A stretch of 61,771 nt of DNA, counting the filler, from Sphacelaria rigidula (lineage: Eukaryota): the NCBI GenBank assembly GCA_964200075.2. It is 8 parts of 8 records of this genome, joined end to end, with 100 filler letters (N's around TTAATTAATTAA, not from the genome) between each part and the next. Parts side by side here need not be neighbours in the genome. Positions count along the whole stretch, not along the records: positions 30,937 to 38,570 come from CAXNAA020014011.1; positions 38,671 to 46,304 come from CAXNAA020014012.1; positions 46,405 to 54,038 come from CAXNAA020014013.1; 5 more parts are not named here. The stretch is one strand, 5' to 3'. The position numbers were made by a program, and so were the translations under genes. Every line of letters begins with the position of its first letter. Position 1 is the stretch's first letter. This document shows, one piece after another, positions 35,550 through 47,128 of this stretch. Under the pieces are notes generated by a model, which had not been told where the DNA came from, searched no databases, and saw nothing but the letters and a program-made list of their open reading frames with translations.

Positions 35550-37985
35550 CAATAAATGAATCGAATAGAACTAACAAAACCCAAACAAATTAATGGAAAG
35601 CGTCGACCCGTGGAACCTGGCTTCAGGTGAACCAGGTCTTACGCGAAGCACATGCACTCGTACCCGGACGAAAAAACAAGACGCCGTGGGAACCGATTGC
35701 CACTAATCTATTTCGGCCACACTATTTTGGGTACGAGCTATCATCTATTTATGAACCCTACCGAAGCGAAGCACCAAGCCGCGACACGCATACACCGGGA
35801 GGAAGAAGCGCACAAACATACACACACGCGCACGCACAACAAACACACACATATATATATCGAGAAAGATGGAGGAATAAAGAGAAACCGCGTAAGGACG
35901 AGGCTACGGAAGTGATCAAGCCCAAGGACACAGTACGGAAGGAGCAGGTATAAACGCACGGCCAGGCAATACCGCAAGACCACGAACTAGGGACAAAATC
36001 AACAACTGATAGGAACGACAAGGGTGAATCACTTTCCGTGTTAGCCTAGCTTCCCCTTTTCATATCTAGTCAAAAACAAAGCGGGCCATCCACATCCCGG
36101 ATTCACCACAAACTGTTGCTGTTGTGTCAGCGGTGGCAGGTGCCTGATTGGCGGCCCTTGACGCAGCAGCCTCTCGTTTGTGGCAGAGAAGTCCGGTTTG
36201 CGTTCGTCTTCGCGTCGCCATGTCACGTCGAGCTCTTCCGCCCCTTTCTCGAGGTGAAGGTGTAGTTTACTCATATTCTTGGACACTGCGACCCAATCGT
36301 GTGTGCCGTTAACCTCCACGCCGCAGATGAAGCTTTACGTCATGCTCCTTTGCGTGGAAGAGCTTCTCATGTACGTAGGTTCTCCTGAGGGTGCTCCCCT
36401 CAGCGTTTGGGGAGGGGGACCAGCCTTTTTGAGCCCTCGTGCGGCTGACTGTCCGTGTATCATACGTTTTGAAGACACAAGTTTCGTCCTGTCGAACAAG
36501 GGCCCCTACGAACCAGAGTTGACGCTTGTGGATGGTCGTCTCGATATCTTCGCAGATGTTTGTCTTGGGCCGGGCACTACTGTGCAAACTATTCTTGTAG
36601 CCCGTTCGAGCATTCCTGCGGGAACCCAACCACACGTGCACGAGCTTGTGGTTGCCAACACGTAGACTCTTGGAAGTCCTCGGAACGCGGCATCCATGTA
36701 GTACATCCGTACAACATAGCCTCCACCACCTCCGTTGTGGGCGCAGCCGGAATTCCAGAGATAGCTGGGCATTGAGGCGATCATAGGGTTAGGAACTATT
36801 CTTTCGGAGGGGTGCCCGTGTAGCGCTTATGCGGCGGTGAATTTCGATGGGAATACTCGCATCCACACCGACAGCACCAGCCGTAATGATGCTGGGAACT
36901 GACCACAGGCACATGGGGTCCGTCTTCCTGCCCGATACCGTCAAGCCGATCTCCTCATATACCACTTCTACGACGGTCAATGTTTATAGTTAGACCGTCT
37001 GGATACCTCGAGACTATGCCTACGTAATTCGCGTTTAGCGTTGTTCACACCGCGTGCCACACCTTCTGGAACACCGCCTCTACCCGACATTCACCATCGT
37101 CACCCTTTGGCGCATCATCTAGAAGTACCACCAAGTCAGAAACGATGGTCAGGTCTGCCGAGAACCGCTGTAACATCGTGTCGATCAAGGCTGCACTGAA
37201 GTTCTTGGACGACAGTGCGGACGAAGCTTAACCTTGTTCGAGTCCCTGTCAGACGTGAAACAACGCTCATTGTTCGCCATGATTCAGCTGTACCCAAGTT
37301 CGCATGTCGTCGTGAGACAACTGATGACCGTGATCATTCATGGTGGGACTCTGAACCGAGCAAGCACTTCTCGAAGGAACGTGCGCTTCACGGAATCGTA
37401 GGCCCTGTACAAGTCGACGAAGCAGATGCTTGGTGGGATATCGCTTGCCCGTCCCAACTCCCGCCGTCGGCCTATCACGAACATCATGTCGGTGGTCAAC
37501 CGTTGGCGCCGGGATCCGCACGGTTCGTCCGGGAAAGTCCCCGCTTCCTCGCAGAAATTACTGAGCTTGTTGACTACGATTGTGAGGAGACCTATACCGC
37601 TATGTGCCACGAGTGAAATGTCCATGTTATTGCCACACACCGTCCTATCTGTCTCCTTTTGTAGTAACACTAGGATAGTGATATCTCTCCACGCCTGTGG
37701 CACCTCGCCAGGAGTGGTATAGAATTTCCGAGGGCTTCTCGATCAGCCCAAGCTTCAGGAGCTCAGCAGATTGATCATCCGGATCCATCGCTTTGCCGTT
37801 CGCCGAAGCTTTCAGAGCCTCCTCAGTTTCACTTGGGCTTGGCGGGTCCCCAAGTGACAATGCTATCGGTCGATGCGCAACATTCTCCATGACGGCTCGG
37901 TCAATAGTCGCCGGTATAGCGTTCAGCAAGGTGGAGACGTACCGTCCCATCTCTCACAGATTGAGCCTTCTTCTCGCTCCAAATG
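35550..37985 (-). mobile_element. 5'-truncated, degenerate RTE-clade LINE (RT and 3' UTR); 3' boundary approximate
   Basis: Fragments PQAWRDITILVL..KETDRTVCGN...DISLVAH...TTDMMFV...CFVDLYRAYDSV and CEDIETTIHKRQLWFVGALVR are RTE-type ORF2 motifs; many frameshifts. Confidence 0.88.
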
Positions 37986-38507
37986 ATGGGTGATTCCAAC
38001 ACGATCTACTTCGAAGGGGTTGAGTGCGAGATTACAGGTACATCTATCATACGTGTTCGTGCGAAGTGTTCGCGAGTGGTGGTCAGTATTGTTGGTCTCC
38101 GTATCAATATGGGTCAAGAAGAAAGCAGCTCAAGCTCACTATCGCTCCCGCCATCACTCCAGCAGGAGGGGGAAAGGTAGAGGAGGGATGGTCGGATACA
38201 TGCTCTGAGAGGAAAGGCTGTGATTCACTCTGAAACCAACCAAGTTTGACTGAACTGTGATCAACCCGTGCGACATCATCACGATACACGTTTGAATTGG
38301 AAAGATATGCACTAGATTGCACAAATGGATACATGCGCCCAAGGCGCCGGCGCCGCCCCCCCCACCTGCTTCTCAAATGGATACATCAACTATCGATCCT
38401 TCTTGGGGGCATTTCGTGATAGCATGGCAGGCTCGGAAGACAACAGTAACCGAATGGTCCATTAATTCCGTTACCTGAGAGCATTGGGGACGGATGCACA
38501 TTAGCAC

Positions 38508-38570
38508 TGTGACGCTAGCAGATCTGCTAGAACTGCAGCGTCGAAATGCTGTTGAGGGACTCCCCAGCTC
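38508..38570 (+). repeat. LTR end truncated by the contig boundary
   Basis: TGTGACGCTAGCAG...TGCTGTTGAGGGACTCCCCAG; reverse complement at 46405-46475; similar to the solo LTR at 16437. Confidence 0.75.
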
Positions 38571-38670
38571 NNNNNNNNNNNNNNNNNNNNNNNNNNNNNN
38601 NNNNNNNNNNNNNNTTAATTAATTAANNNNNNNNNNNNNNNNNNNNNNNNNNNNNNNNNNNNNNNNNNNN
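38571..38670. other. Artificial contig-joining linker
   Basis: 44 N + TTAATTAATTAA + 44 N. Confidence 0.98.
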
Positions 38671-39085
38671 GGGGCGTACTCATTTGTTGCTTGCCTTAGC
38701 CGTTCGAACGTTGACCACGCATCCCTTTCGAGACGGAGCACCGTTCCTACTCCTAATAGAGACACCTTCAACATTCCGGCGCTCATGACGTTTCTTCCAT
38801 ACGTTACACAAAAACCGTTTACATATCTTATCCTCGTTCTGTTTCGCCGTCTGTGGCCAGCATCTATTTCCTCGTGTAGCCATCGTTTTCTCGCTACTGT
38901 CTCATGCATTAAACGATTCCACGCCACCTTTGTTCACGTCCCGCCTTTCCCCTCTCTAGCACGTCCCGTTCCTCCTTGTATAGTTCACATTCTGCCACAC
39001 TTCATGACTTCTGCTCTCTATTCCTTTGCCACAGAGGCAGTTCTGTGTATCTACTTCCTCCTCAAGACTACTGGTATATTTCGTC
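38671..39085 (-). mobile_element. 5'-truncated LINE family A copy including the C-terminal zinc-knuckle region
   Basis: YTSSLEEEVDTQNCLCGKGIESRSH...(frameshift; C) then ...WPQTAKQNEDKICKRFLCNVWKKR...GCVVNVRTAKASNK*, followed by GTACGCCCC. Confidence 0.88.
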
Positions 39086-39631
39086 CCCCACCCGTCCGGA
39101 GGGATGGGAGGAGTTGAAAAGTGTGACGAAAAAAAGAATAGAACGTCATGCAATCCCCTTTACAGCTTCTCCGTTCGACGGGGGGAAAATGACAGAGCGT
39201 AGAAGACAATACAAAACAACCAATACGACAAAAAAGAGGGATGAAAGAAGCACACGCGCTCTTGTGTGTAGAGGTTGAGATCGTCCTTCAGCTTTCAGAG
39301 TAACGCCCCACTACAAGGAAATACCCGTATCCTGTATCCTTTATAAGCTTCTGTCGGCCAAACAATGCAGATTCCGTGAGTCAGAAATTTTACTGCTGTG
39401 GCATCAAAGACCACGCTCGACAACATCCGTCGGGCGGCAGACGCAGATGCATATGGCCAATGGCAACGCATCAATCAAAAGTACGCGACGACAGCGCATG
39501 ATTTCACAGAAAACGACTCAAAGGCGATGACAAGACTCATGAGAGATCCGTAGCATCAGTTAGCGCAAGGCTTTGAACGCGGGTAGTTGGGGTGCCTGGT
39601 CGAGGGCACCAGAAATACATATTTTACTGAC

Positions 39632-40539
39632 CTGTAAAGACGGAGTTGTACCCCAGATACCCCAAGCCGCCGATCAGCGCAACGCCGTTCACGAGGCCCG
39701 AGCTCGGCCCTTTACCTCTTGGAATTCTGTTGAAAGCAGCTCGTCCCGCCTGCCCATAACATCAATACAACAGGGAAGACATTAAAAAGACGCACCCGAG
39801 TGACAAAACGTATATGCATATATATGCGAGCACGCATCTATAGTTCACAAGGCTGGTTGGTAGTGTGGCATGCGTGATAGAAAGAAACGATTTGGGGAAC
39901 GAACTGTGCCATCACCCACCAAAAATTGAAATAATGCTCTGCGTGAAAGTGAATCACCCGTTGAGCGTTATGGTTTGGGACCTTGCACCCTTCTTTTCAA
40001 CGTGGACAACTTCGCGAAGGTTAGGATCCTGGAACATCGTCTCGCTGAGATGGGCACGGTCCACTCCTCCGCTCGGGCACGGTCCACTCCTCCGCTCCAT
40101 CCGAGGTCTTACAAACGGTAACTTACCAAAAGTCGAACAAGCAATGAAACAATACGCGGCCTTTCTCGTTTTTTTGTCAGACATTCCATGTCTCCACACA
40201 CTTTCCAAGACCAGTCAATTTGCAGCCGGGGGCCGTTTGCGAACATGGGAGTGCCGCAAATTGGGCAATACAGCCAAACTCACCAATCCCAACGACGCGA
40301 TGCATGGTGTAAACATAAGCGCGAAAGCTACATTTTCGCTCTTTAGAGGTCGAAATGGGAAAAGTCTCAATATTCAACTTCCCTCAAAAGGTAGCCACCG
40401 TGAGTGCAAAGACAAGTAAAGAAACGAGTGCACACCGGATAGGTCTCGCGACACCATTGCTACCGAACGGTCACTGCTGCCAAATTAAAATAAGTCGGCA
40501 CATACGTCAACAAAAAACACTTCATACCTGTGCTGCCAT
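39632..40539 (-). CDS. PHB2: Prohibitin (PHB2-like), 5' part; exons 40539-40528 (tentative) and 39749-39632
   Basis: MAAQ|AGRAAFNRIPRGKGPSSGLVNGVALIGGLGYLGYNSVFT(V) matches the prohibitin N-terminal helix preceding 'VdgGhRAv'; clean splice sites; CAAGATGG start context. Confidence 0.72.
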
Positions 40540-43500
40540 CTTGACGCTTGGAAGATGCCTGCTGTTGTATCAGTGCGCCGGAGGCGGAATCTGCCGTGAA
40601 CAAAATACATGGCAAAGAAAAAAAACATCAAACTAGGAAAAAAAAGGAGAGCTCTACGAAGAGCCTTGCAAACTCGCACAAAAAAAAAAACTTGAAACGC
40701 TTGACCTTACACGGACTGAATTTGTCGACATGACGAACAACGTCTAATTTATAGGCCCTGCGGCACAGCTCTCCCACCAACATTACCGGGAACGCCCGAA
40801 CTACGAATATGCATCCACAACGACAAGGTGGGTCACCACCGCTGCAGCACAGAGGCAACGTTGGACACACGACTTCACGTTGGAAAACGTTGTGGATGAC
40901 CGGGTAAACACTTGACCGCAACTTATGCTCATGGGGAAACTCCTGGGCAAGTCGCGGGTCGGTCATTTATCGCTGGAGGCAATCGTGGGATATGTGACAA
41001 CACCACTCCGCATTGATACAGCACAGCACACGCACTTGCAGTTACGTATCGAGACGATACAGCACGATGCAGCACCAGCACCGCTCACAGCATCATTGGC
41101 CTCGGTCTTCTCATGACCGCAGCATCCCGAGGTTTCGACACACCAAAACTGATGACACTAACGAATCGCAGCCATGAATGAACGCGTGGAGAGCCTCCGC
41201 ATAAGATAACCCGCGACTCGACTCGTTCAAACATACTATCTAGCGTCGCCACGCCATACGGCCAGCTGCAGCCTACGTTTAAATCGCCAGCAGCTTTGAG
41301 AGAACGCTCTAGTAGACGTTGAATATCTCCGTCAGTTTGTGCCAGGCCAAACCCCTCTGGGCCGGTCCATGACGCGCGCCTGTTGCGCAGGGGCAGCTGA
41401 TTCTTGCTGTACTCCTCTACAAGACTGGTTCATAGACGACGAAACAAACACGTTCCCATTCTACGGGACCATGGAGCACATCAAATATCAACTACGCATG
41501 ATGCTGGCCTCGGCCGCATGGCTTCAGGACTCAGTTATCTAAGGACCACACTCTTTGGGCAGGAACTCTCCTGCCTACATTACATCAACAACGTTCACCT
41601 TCCTGAACCTGCAATACACTTACAACACGGGTATTCTCGACTGTTACTTGCTAATTTTTTCATGTTGGTGAAAATAGGTCTGGGTCAGGGCGGTCGTCGG
41701 GATCTTGGGTTGCGCAGTTGATGTGAAGTGCCAATCGAACCTATGCCAAGCAATGGCACACTGCCGCGGCGTGTCAAAGAAAGCGTTTCATCGGGAGTGC
41801 GAAAGGCAGTAACACACATCAGCTATAATGATAGCGTTATGGAACCCCGCCAGAGTCGCCGGCGGGGCGAGCCACACCAGTTTTCGATGACCGTGTCCCT
41901 GGCGATGCCAGTTCAACACACCAGGACGAGAGGCCTCTCCATGGATAAAGTAGCTCCAGCGGTTTGAGTGGGCAGCATCGGATCATATCACTCGCCGAAC
42001 GTTCCACACAGCACTTTCTTTCTAGGTTCATCGATAATAGGCAGGCGCTACAAGCACCGCCGTTTCTGTTTTCATCTTGCAGCATCACACACATCGCACA
42101 CAGGTAAAGAACTTTGGTTGTACCACATGCTGTTGTTTCGTGCGGAGCGGACGGCCAAAACTGCAGTCTACGATATTGCACCGGTGAAGTCCAGAGAAGC
42201 GTGATGGTGGGCTCGCTCCGCATGTACGCTGCAGACAGCTGCAGACAGTGAACGGTGCACAAAACCGTAGTGCCCTAAATCTGGTGAAATGAGTTTACGT
42301 AGGGAGGTGTTCTTGCTTCTCCTGTACACCCTTACCCTCTTCCGTGCAAACACGCCGCCAACTGCCAAGTGGTAGCGGTGCGGCCTACCGCGTTGGTTCT
42401 GAAATGAACCAGTTATTCTAAAGCAGAACCCGAGGCAACCTTGCGGGAATAGAAGGCGAGCAGTTGAAGAATGAGCCCGCTATGAGTAGGTAACATACAG
42501 CCGGGCCGCGGAGTGCTGCACAGCCAGTACGGTCAGTAACAGGTTTTGCAAAATACCAGGAAGAAAAAAGACACTCACACTGCAGATGCAGAACGCATCT
42601 GCGCCAGCTGGGTTTGATTGCTCGAGTAGCGGTCGGTAGGGAGTGGATGACACAGTCCAACAACGGCAAGAGTGCATAACGTGTCATATGCGCTCAGCGC
42701 CCACGTTGAACATGCTTGGCATGCAATGGGCTGGAGGATGATAAAAAGACCATGGCAACCTAGAGCCCGACTGATCTCCTCTGATGCTGTGCTGTGCTGC
42801 GGTGTACCGTCCGTCCGTGCTGTGCGAGCAGGGCTCCTCGACACGAAGAGCAAGTCAAGTCAATTTGATGCACAATATACTGCAGAACAAGCTAATCTCA
42901 TGAAGCTGTGTGCGACATCGCCGTACCTTCCCATCTCTTCAACATCCCTAAATCATAGCTACAGGTGACGCGCACTGTCTACTGCCTGGCAACATGGCTA
43001 CCACAGCAACGGGGGTGTTATTCATCAGCTCGGCAGCATTTCAAGTCGTGCTCTCACTTCAGAGTCAGTTTTGGCCGCTCAACACTATTGTGGTGCAGAC
43101 AGCAAGAGCAGGTGAAACAAAACCGACAACGACAACGACAGGAGCAAAATCAGTAGCAGCACCAGCAGAAGGAGGAAACATGTGGCTCCAAAATAATTAA
43201 AGCTCACCTCTAGTGCACAGTAGCCTGCCAACAGCAACACTTCGCCTTTCCGTCACCAAATGCTACAAGAATGAGTACGACAACTTCGTTGAACACCCTG
43301 TGGGTCAGTACCGGTACCTCTAAAGCCGGAGGGGGTGGGAAAAATAGAGGCGGGTACCCTATTCTGAAACAATGCATACTCCCTGTACGAATCTACATTC
43401 GCGACTACTGTAGCGATTTTGAATTTGATTCGAAGCACCGACATGACGAATCATGGCATTAACCTCACGGCCGAATCAAAGCTTCGGCCGTTGACACGAG

Positions 43501-43890
43501 GCCCATCACAACTCTCGAGGGCGGGAGGAGTGTACAGCAGTGCTTAGGTGAAGATTTAACGGAGGCATCGCGCGATCTCACCCACTGGAGGCCAACATAC
43601 CTGTTCCCGTGACGGCTCCTTCACTTGTGGGTGTTCATGTGCTGACTGCACCCTCAACACATGAACTGATTGACTGTTGAGGAATTCACGGGCCAGGTAT
43701 AACAGTATCTGCATACCCATCCGCAACAGCACTTTTCAGCGCCCATCCAATTTCCACACGAATACGGCATTAGTACTGCCATCAGTAGCTGTGAGCGCTG
43801 GACGATACTCAGGGGCACGAACGGGCTGCAGCACGGGACGGACTTCTACGTACTGGAGGCGCCCATTCACTGGACCGGGTAGGGGCAATC

Positions 43891-43992
43891 ATGAAGGTCG
43901 CCATATACTCTCATTCGATACCGCCCGCAGTGGATGGCGTTTCACGCAGAATGTCGTCGCTCATCTATCATCTCTCCAAGGGCGGCCATGAG
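43891..43992 (+). CDS. Glycosyltransferase family 4 (GT-B; SQD2/PimA-like N-terminus), first coding exon
   Basis: MKVAIYSHSIPPAVDGVSRRMSSLIYHLSKGGHE followed by a GTAGGG donor; classic GT4 N-terminal pattern. Confidence 0.8.
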
Positions 43993-45702
43993 GTAGGGAC
44001 ACGTTTACAGCCAGTAGGGGATGTCTTTCGTGTTTGCTGTACTGTGAGTAATGTTGTGGACTATTCTGGCTGCTATTCTCCGTGCTCTCGGAGGGTACCC
44101 GTTTTACCGCTGTCATTGGAAGAGGAATCCAAAAACACAGATGATACGCTGCGTGTCCTGGATTCAGAATCTTATTGGTTCTAATACTTGAAACACAGCA
44201 CAGCACCGCGTCGCGTTGCTATCCTGCACTGCGTACTATTATAATGTACGGTTCTACTGTGCTCTGGCACCCCGCGCTAGGAAATGAGCATCGCTCCGCG
44301 ATTCCATGCGCGATCGTGCACCTGTCGGTGCAACTGTAGCAAGTGCAACAGTACAATCGGCGCGTGAACTTGTTGTGAAGGACTCTTCTGTGTCATGGGT
44401 GGGACTGGAGGGGAGATAAATCACAAACCACGCAGCAAGTGTTAATTTTAATTTGAACTGGCCTGTGCATACACGATGGTTGCAAGCGGTACAATCCTAT
44501 CCCTTATCCCAGTGTGAGGCCGGCCGGGTATGTACATACCGGGCTGGTATTTTCGGGTACGTTCGATACAATTTTGTGAGCTTTCCCTGTAGAAGGTCGC
44601 CTGATTGAGTTCGGTTTCCCTGACAAATATGCTCCCCGACCATGCAGCCAGGCAGAACGACGTCACGTTGGTCTCTCCATCGTGCCGCCTCTTGAAACCT
44701 ATTAAACAGTGTCTGGGTAGTTTGTGTCGTGCTGGCCTTAATTGTTTCACGTACGGTACAGAAGTAGTAGCTTCATGATTTTGTTTCACGAAGCCGCTTC
44801 TGAGGCCGCTTCTTGGGATGGGTTCTTGCTGGTTTTGGTGTCTCGCTTTGGTATGACAATTCGGCCGCCTGTCTCGCGAGATATGCGCAGATACGATTTT
44901 TGAACGACAGGACTGTCCGTACTTTCTCCGTACAGAAGGATGTGAAAAAGATGCAAAGAACGAGGAGATTTTGTCTGTATTTTTGTGCATACAAGAGGAA
45001 ATCAAATAGATCACTGTGCACTACATTCACACAACAACACAACGTGCCTGTTGACGAGGTAGTAGGATGTAATTGTCAGTTTGCATATAGCAGTACAGCT
45101 GTGTGCGGACGAAACATACTGCCACTGCGGTGCATGTGGCGGTGCAAGGGAGATGACAAGTGATGGTGACCCCACGACTGCTGGCCAGGCGCCATTGCGT
45201 GCCTGTGTTTACTACGGGTATGTGTTATGCGACGAAGCGTAAACGGTGAACCACTGAGGGTCGCCTTTGTAGCATACAGGACAAGATCCCGTGCCGTGTT
45301 TTCCGTCATTGCTCACATCTAGTCGAAGTTGCACTAGGGTACATCAGGCACATACACACAAGCCCGAGGATGCGAAGATGAGCAAATATGATGTTGAACG
45401 TATGTGTCGAAAGTGATTCAAGTTTCTCGATTCCTCCGCACACGCCGCAGTTGCCATATTGCCCTATCCAAATCGCAAGTAAATGGTTGATATGGTTCTA
45501 TCTTGGTTTTGGGGGAGACCCACTTACCCCCCGACACACACCCCGTCCGCAGGAAATTCGGAGTCCCGAACCCCTCATCGCGTAATATGGCGTTTTGAAG
45601 ATGGCCGAAGTCGCTGTTTTTGCCGCACTTTAGTAGCGGTCGATCTAGAGGACATGAGGCTTCGGGCGTTCCGACGGTTAATAATTTATTACTATAGAAA
45701 AG

Positions 45703-45782
45703 ATATCTCCACAATGACCTGTTCGAGTGTAATAAGAACATATATCTCCACGATGACCTGTTCGAGTGTAATAAGAACATAT
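45703..45782 (+). repeat. 39-bp tandem duplication
   Basis: ATATCTCCAC(A/G)ATGACCTGTTCGAGTGTAATAAGAACAT x2. Confidence 0.9.
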
Positions 45783-46239
45783 TTGTGTCCATATCGAAGT
45801 CTAGATCTACGGACAGGTTCAGAAATGGGGCGGTTCTTGAAGTGGTCGTTGTCGAACATATCTGTACGGACTCTACTGTTACACAAAAGACGCAATGAGG
45901 CAAGGCACAGCATCTACGAAAAACCACGCATAGACACCCACCACTCATGCGCATTTAGCCTCAGCGCACTTATGTTCCCACTTCAAGTGATGACCTCTTC
46001 CTGTTGCATACACGTCCAAGTACCTAGTCAACCCAGCTTGGATGGTCTCGTTGCGGCTCTTGCACGCTTCTCTTGAGGTGCGCCATGCGGCGCTCTCTAA
46101 ACATATGTGGTCCTCTTTCCAACACCGTCCCTGTTATAGTATTCCTTACAAGACATGGAGTCCCCATATTTTTTTGAGACTACAGACGAAGAACACAATA
46201 TCTGTAATAATAAATGTAATTAATTAACGACTAGTGGTA

Positions 46240-46304
46240 AGCCACGGCTAACGCGCGTGGCAGCAGAGCCGCAGGTATCGACACCACGCGCGTTAGCCGT
46301 GGCT
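46240..46304. repeat. Perfect 21-bp inverted repeat with 23-nt loop at the contig end
   Basis: AGCCACGGCTAACGCGCGTGG...CCACGCGCGTTAGCCGTGGCT. Confidence 0.88.
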
Positions 46305-46404
46305 NNNNNNNNNNNNNNNNNNNNNNNNNNNNNNNNNNNNNNNNNNNNTTAATTAATTAANNNNNNNNNNNNNNNNNNNNNNNNNNNNNNNNNNNNNNNN
46401 NNNN
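46305..46404. other. Artificial contig-joining linker
   Basis: 44 N + TTAATTAATTAA + 44 N. Confidence 0.98.
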
Positions 46405-46475
46405 GGCCAGAAGAGCTGGGGAGTCCCTCAACAGCATTTAGACGCTGCAGTACTAGCAGACCTGCTAGCGTCACA
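46405..46475 (-). repeat. LTR end truncated by the contig boundary
   Basis: Reverse complement of 38508-38570; ends CGTCACA. Confidence 0.75.
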
Positions 46476-46904
46476 AGACACATTTTTGCCCATAGCGCCA
46501 CCGCGATAGCCTTAAACAACAATCCGGCTATGTCACCCTCGTTGTCTGTCCATTGCTGTAAGTATGATACCATGTATGCGGCTATTAGGTGCGTATTGCT
46601 GGAGGCATTTGCTGATGGCAGAATTTTGGGTGTTTTGTATATTGGAGTCGAAAAAGGAGCGGAGGTGTTTGAGGACACGTGGCGACGCGCGGAGAAGCGA
46701 GAATCAGACCGCTGTCATAAGCGAGAGGCTGCTGCATCGAGGGCCGCCAATTGAAGAATCATGTATTATTATGCTTATATCGGTTGTTGATTACAATGTT
46801 AGTCGGTGGCTCTGCGGTGCCCACTGGTGTGTGTCTATATCTACTCTGCTGCCCTGATTTCTTTGGGCCTCTTCCTTTTTTATTATTGCATTTTTTTTTC
46901 TTAC

Positions 46905-47128
46905 GTCGGCCATCTCTTTCTGTGCTTTGCGTTTGTTGACTTTTGAATTTCTTCTTTTTTTCACGTCTTAGCCTACCATGTCGTTCTGCTCGACGTTTTT
47001 CTGTTCCTTCCATTTTTGAGCGAGTGTTTCAGTTTTGCTTTTCTTGGGTGCGTACGTCCATTATGCAACCACGGTTGGACCCCTGGGGGGTCAGTTAAAG
47101 TGCGACACTCAATCAAACAAATCGAATC
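46905..47128 (+). mobile_element. Non-LTR (probably RTE-type) 3' UTR fragment
   Basis: Homologous to 25695-25912. Confidence 0.7.

Noticed and set aside
11786..43992. Metabolic gene cluster (SDR, monooxygenase, protease, glycosyltransferase)
   Set aside because: The genes lie on four different concatenated contigs, so their proximity is artificial
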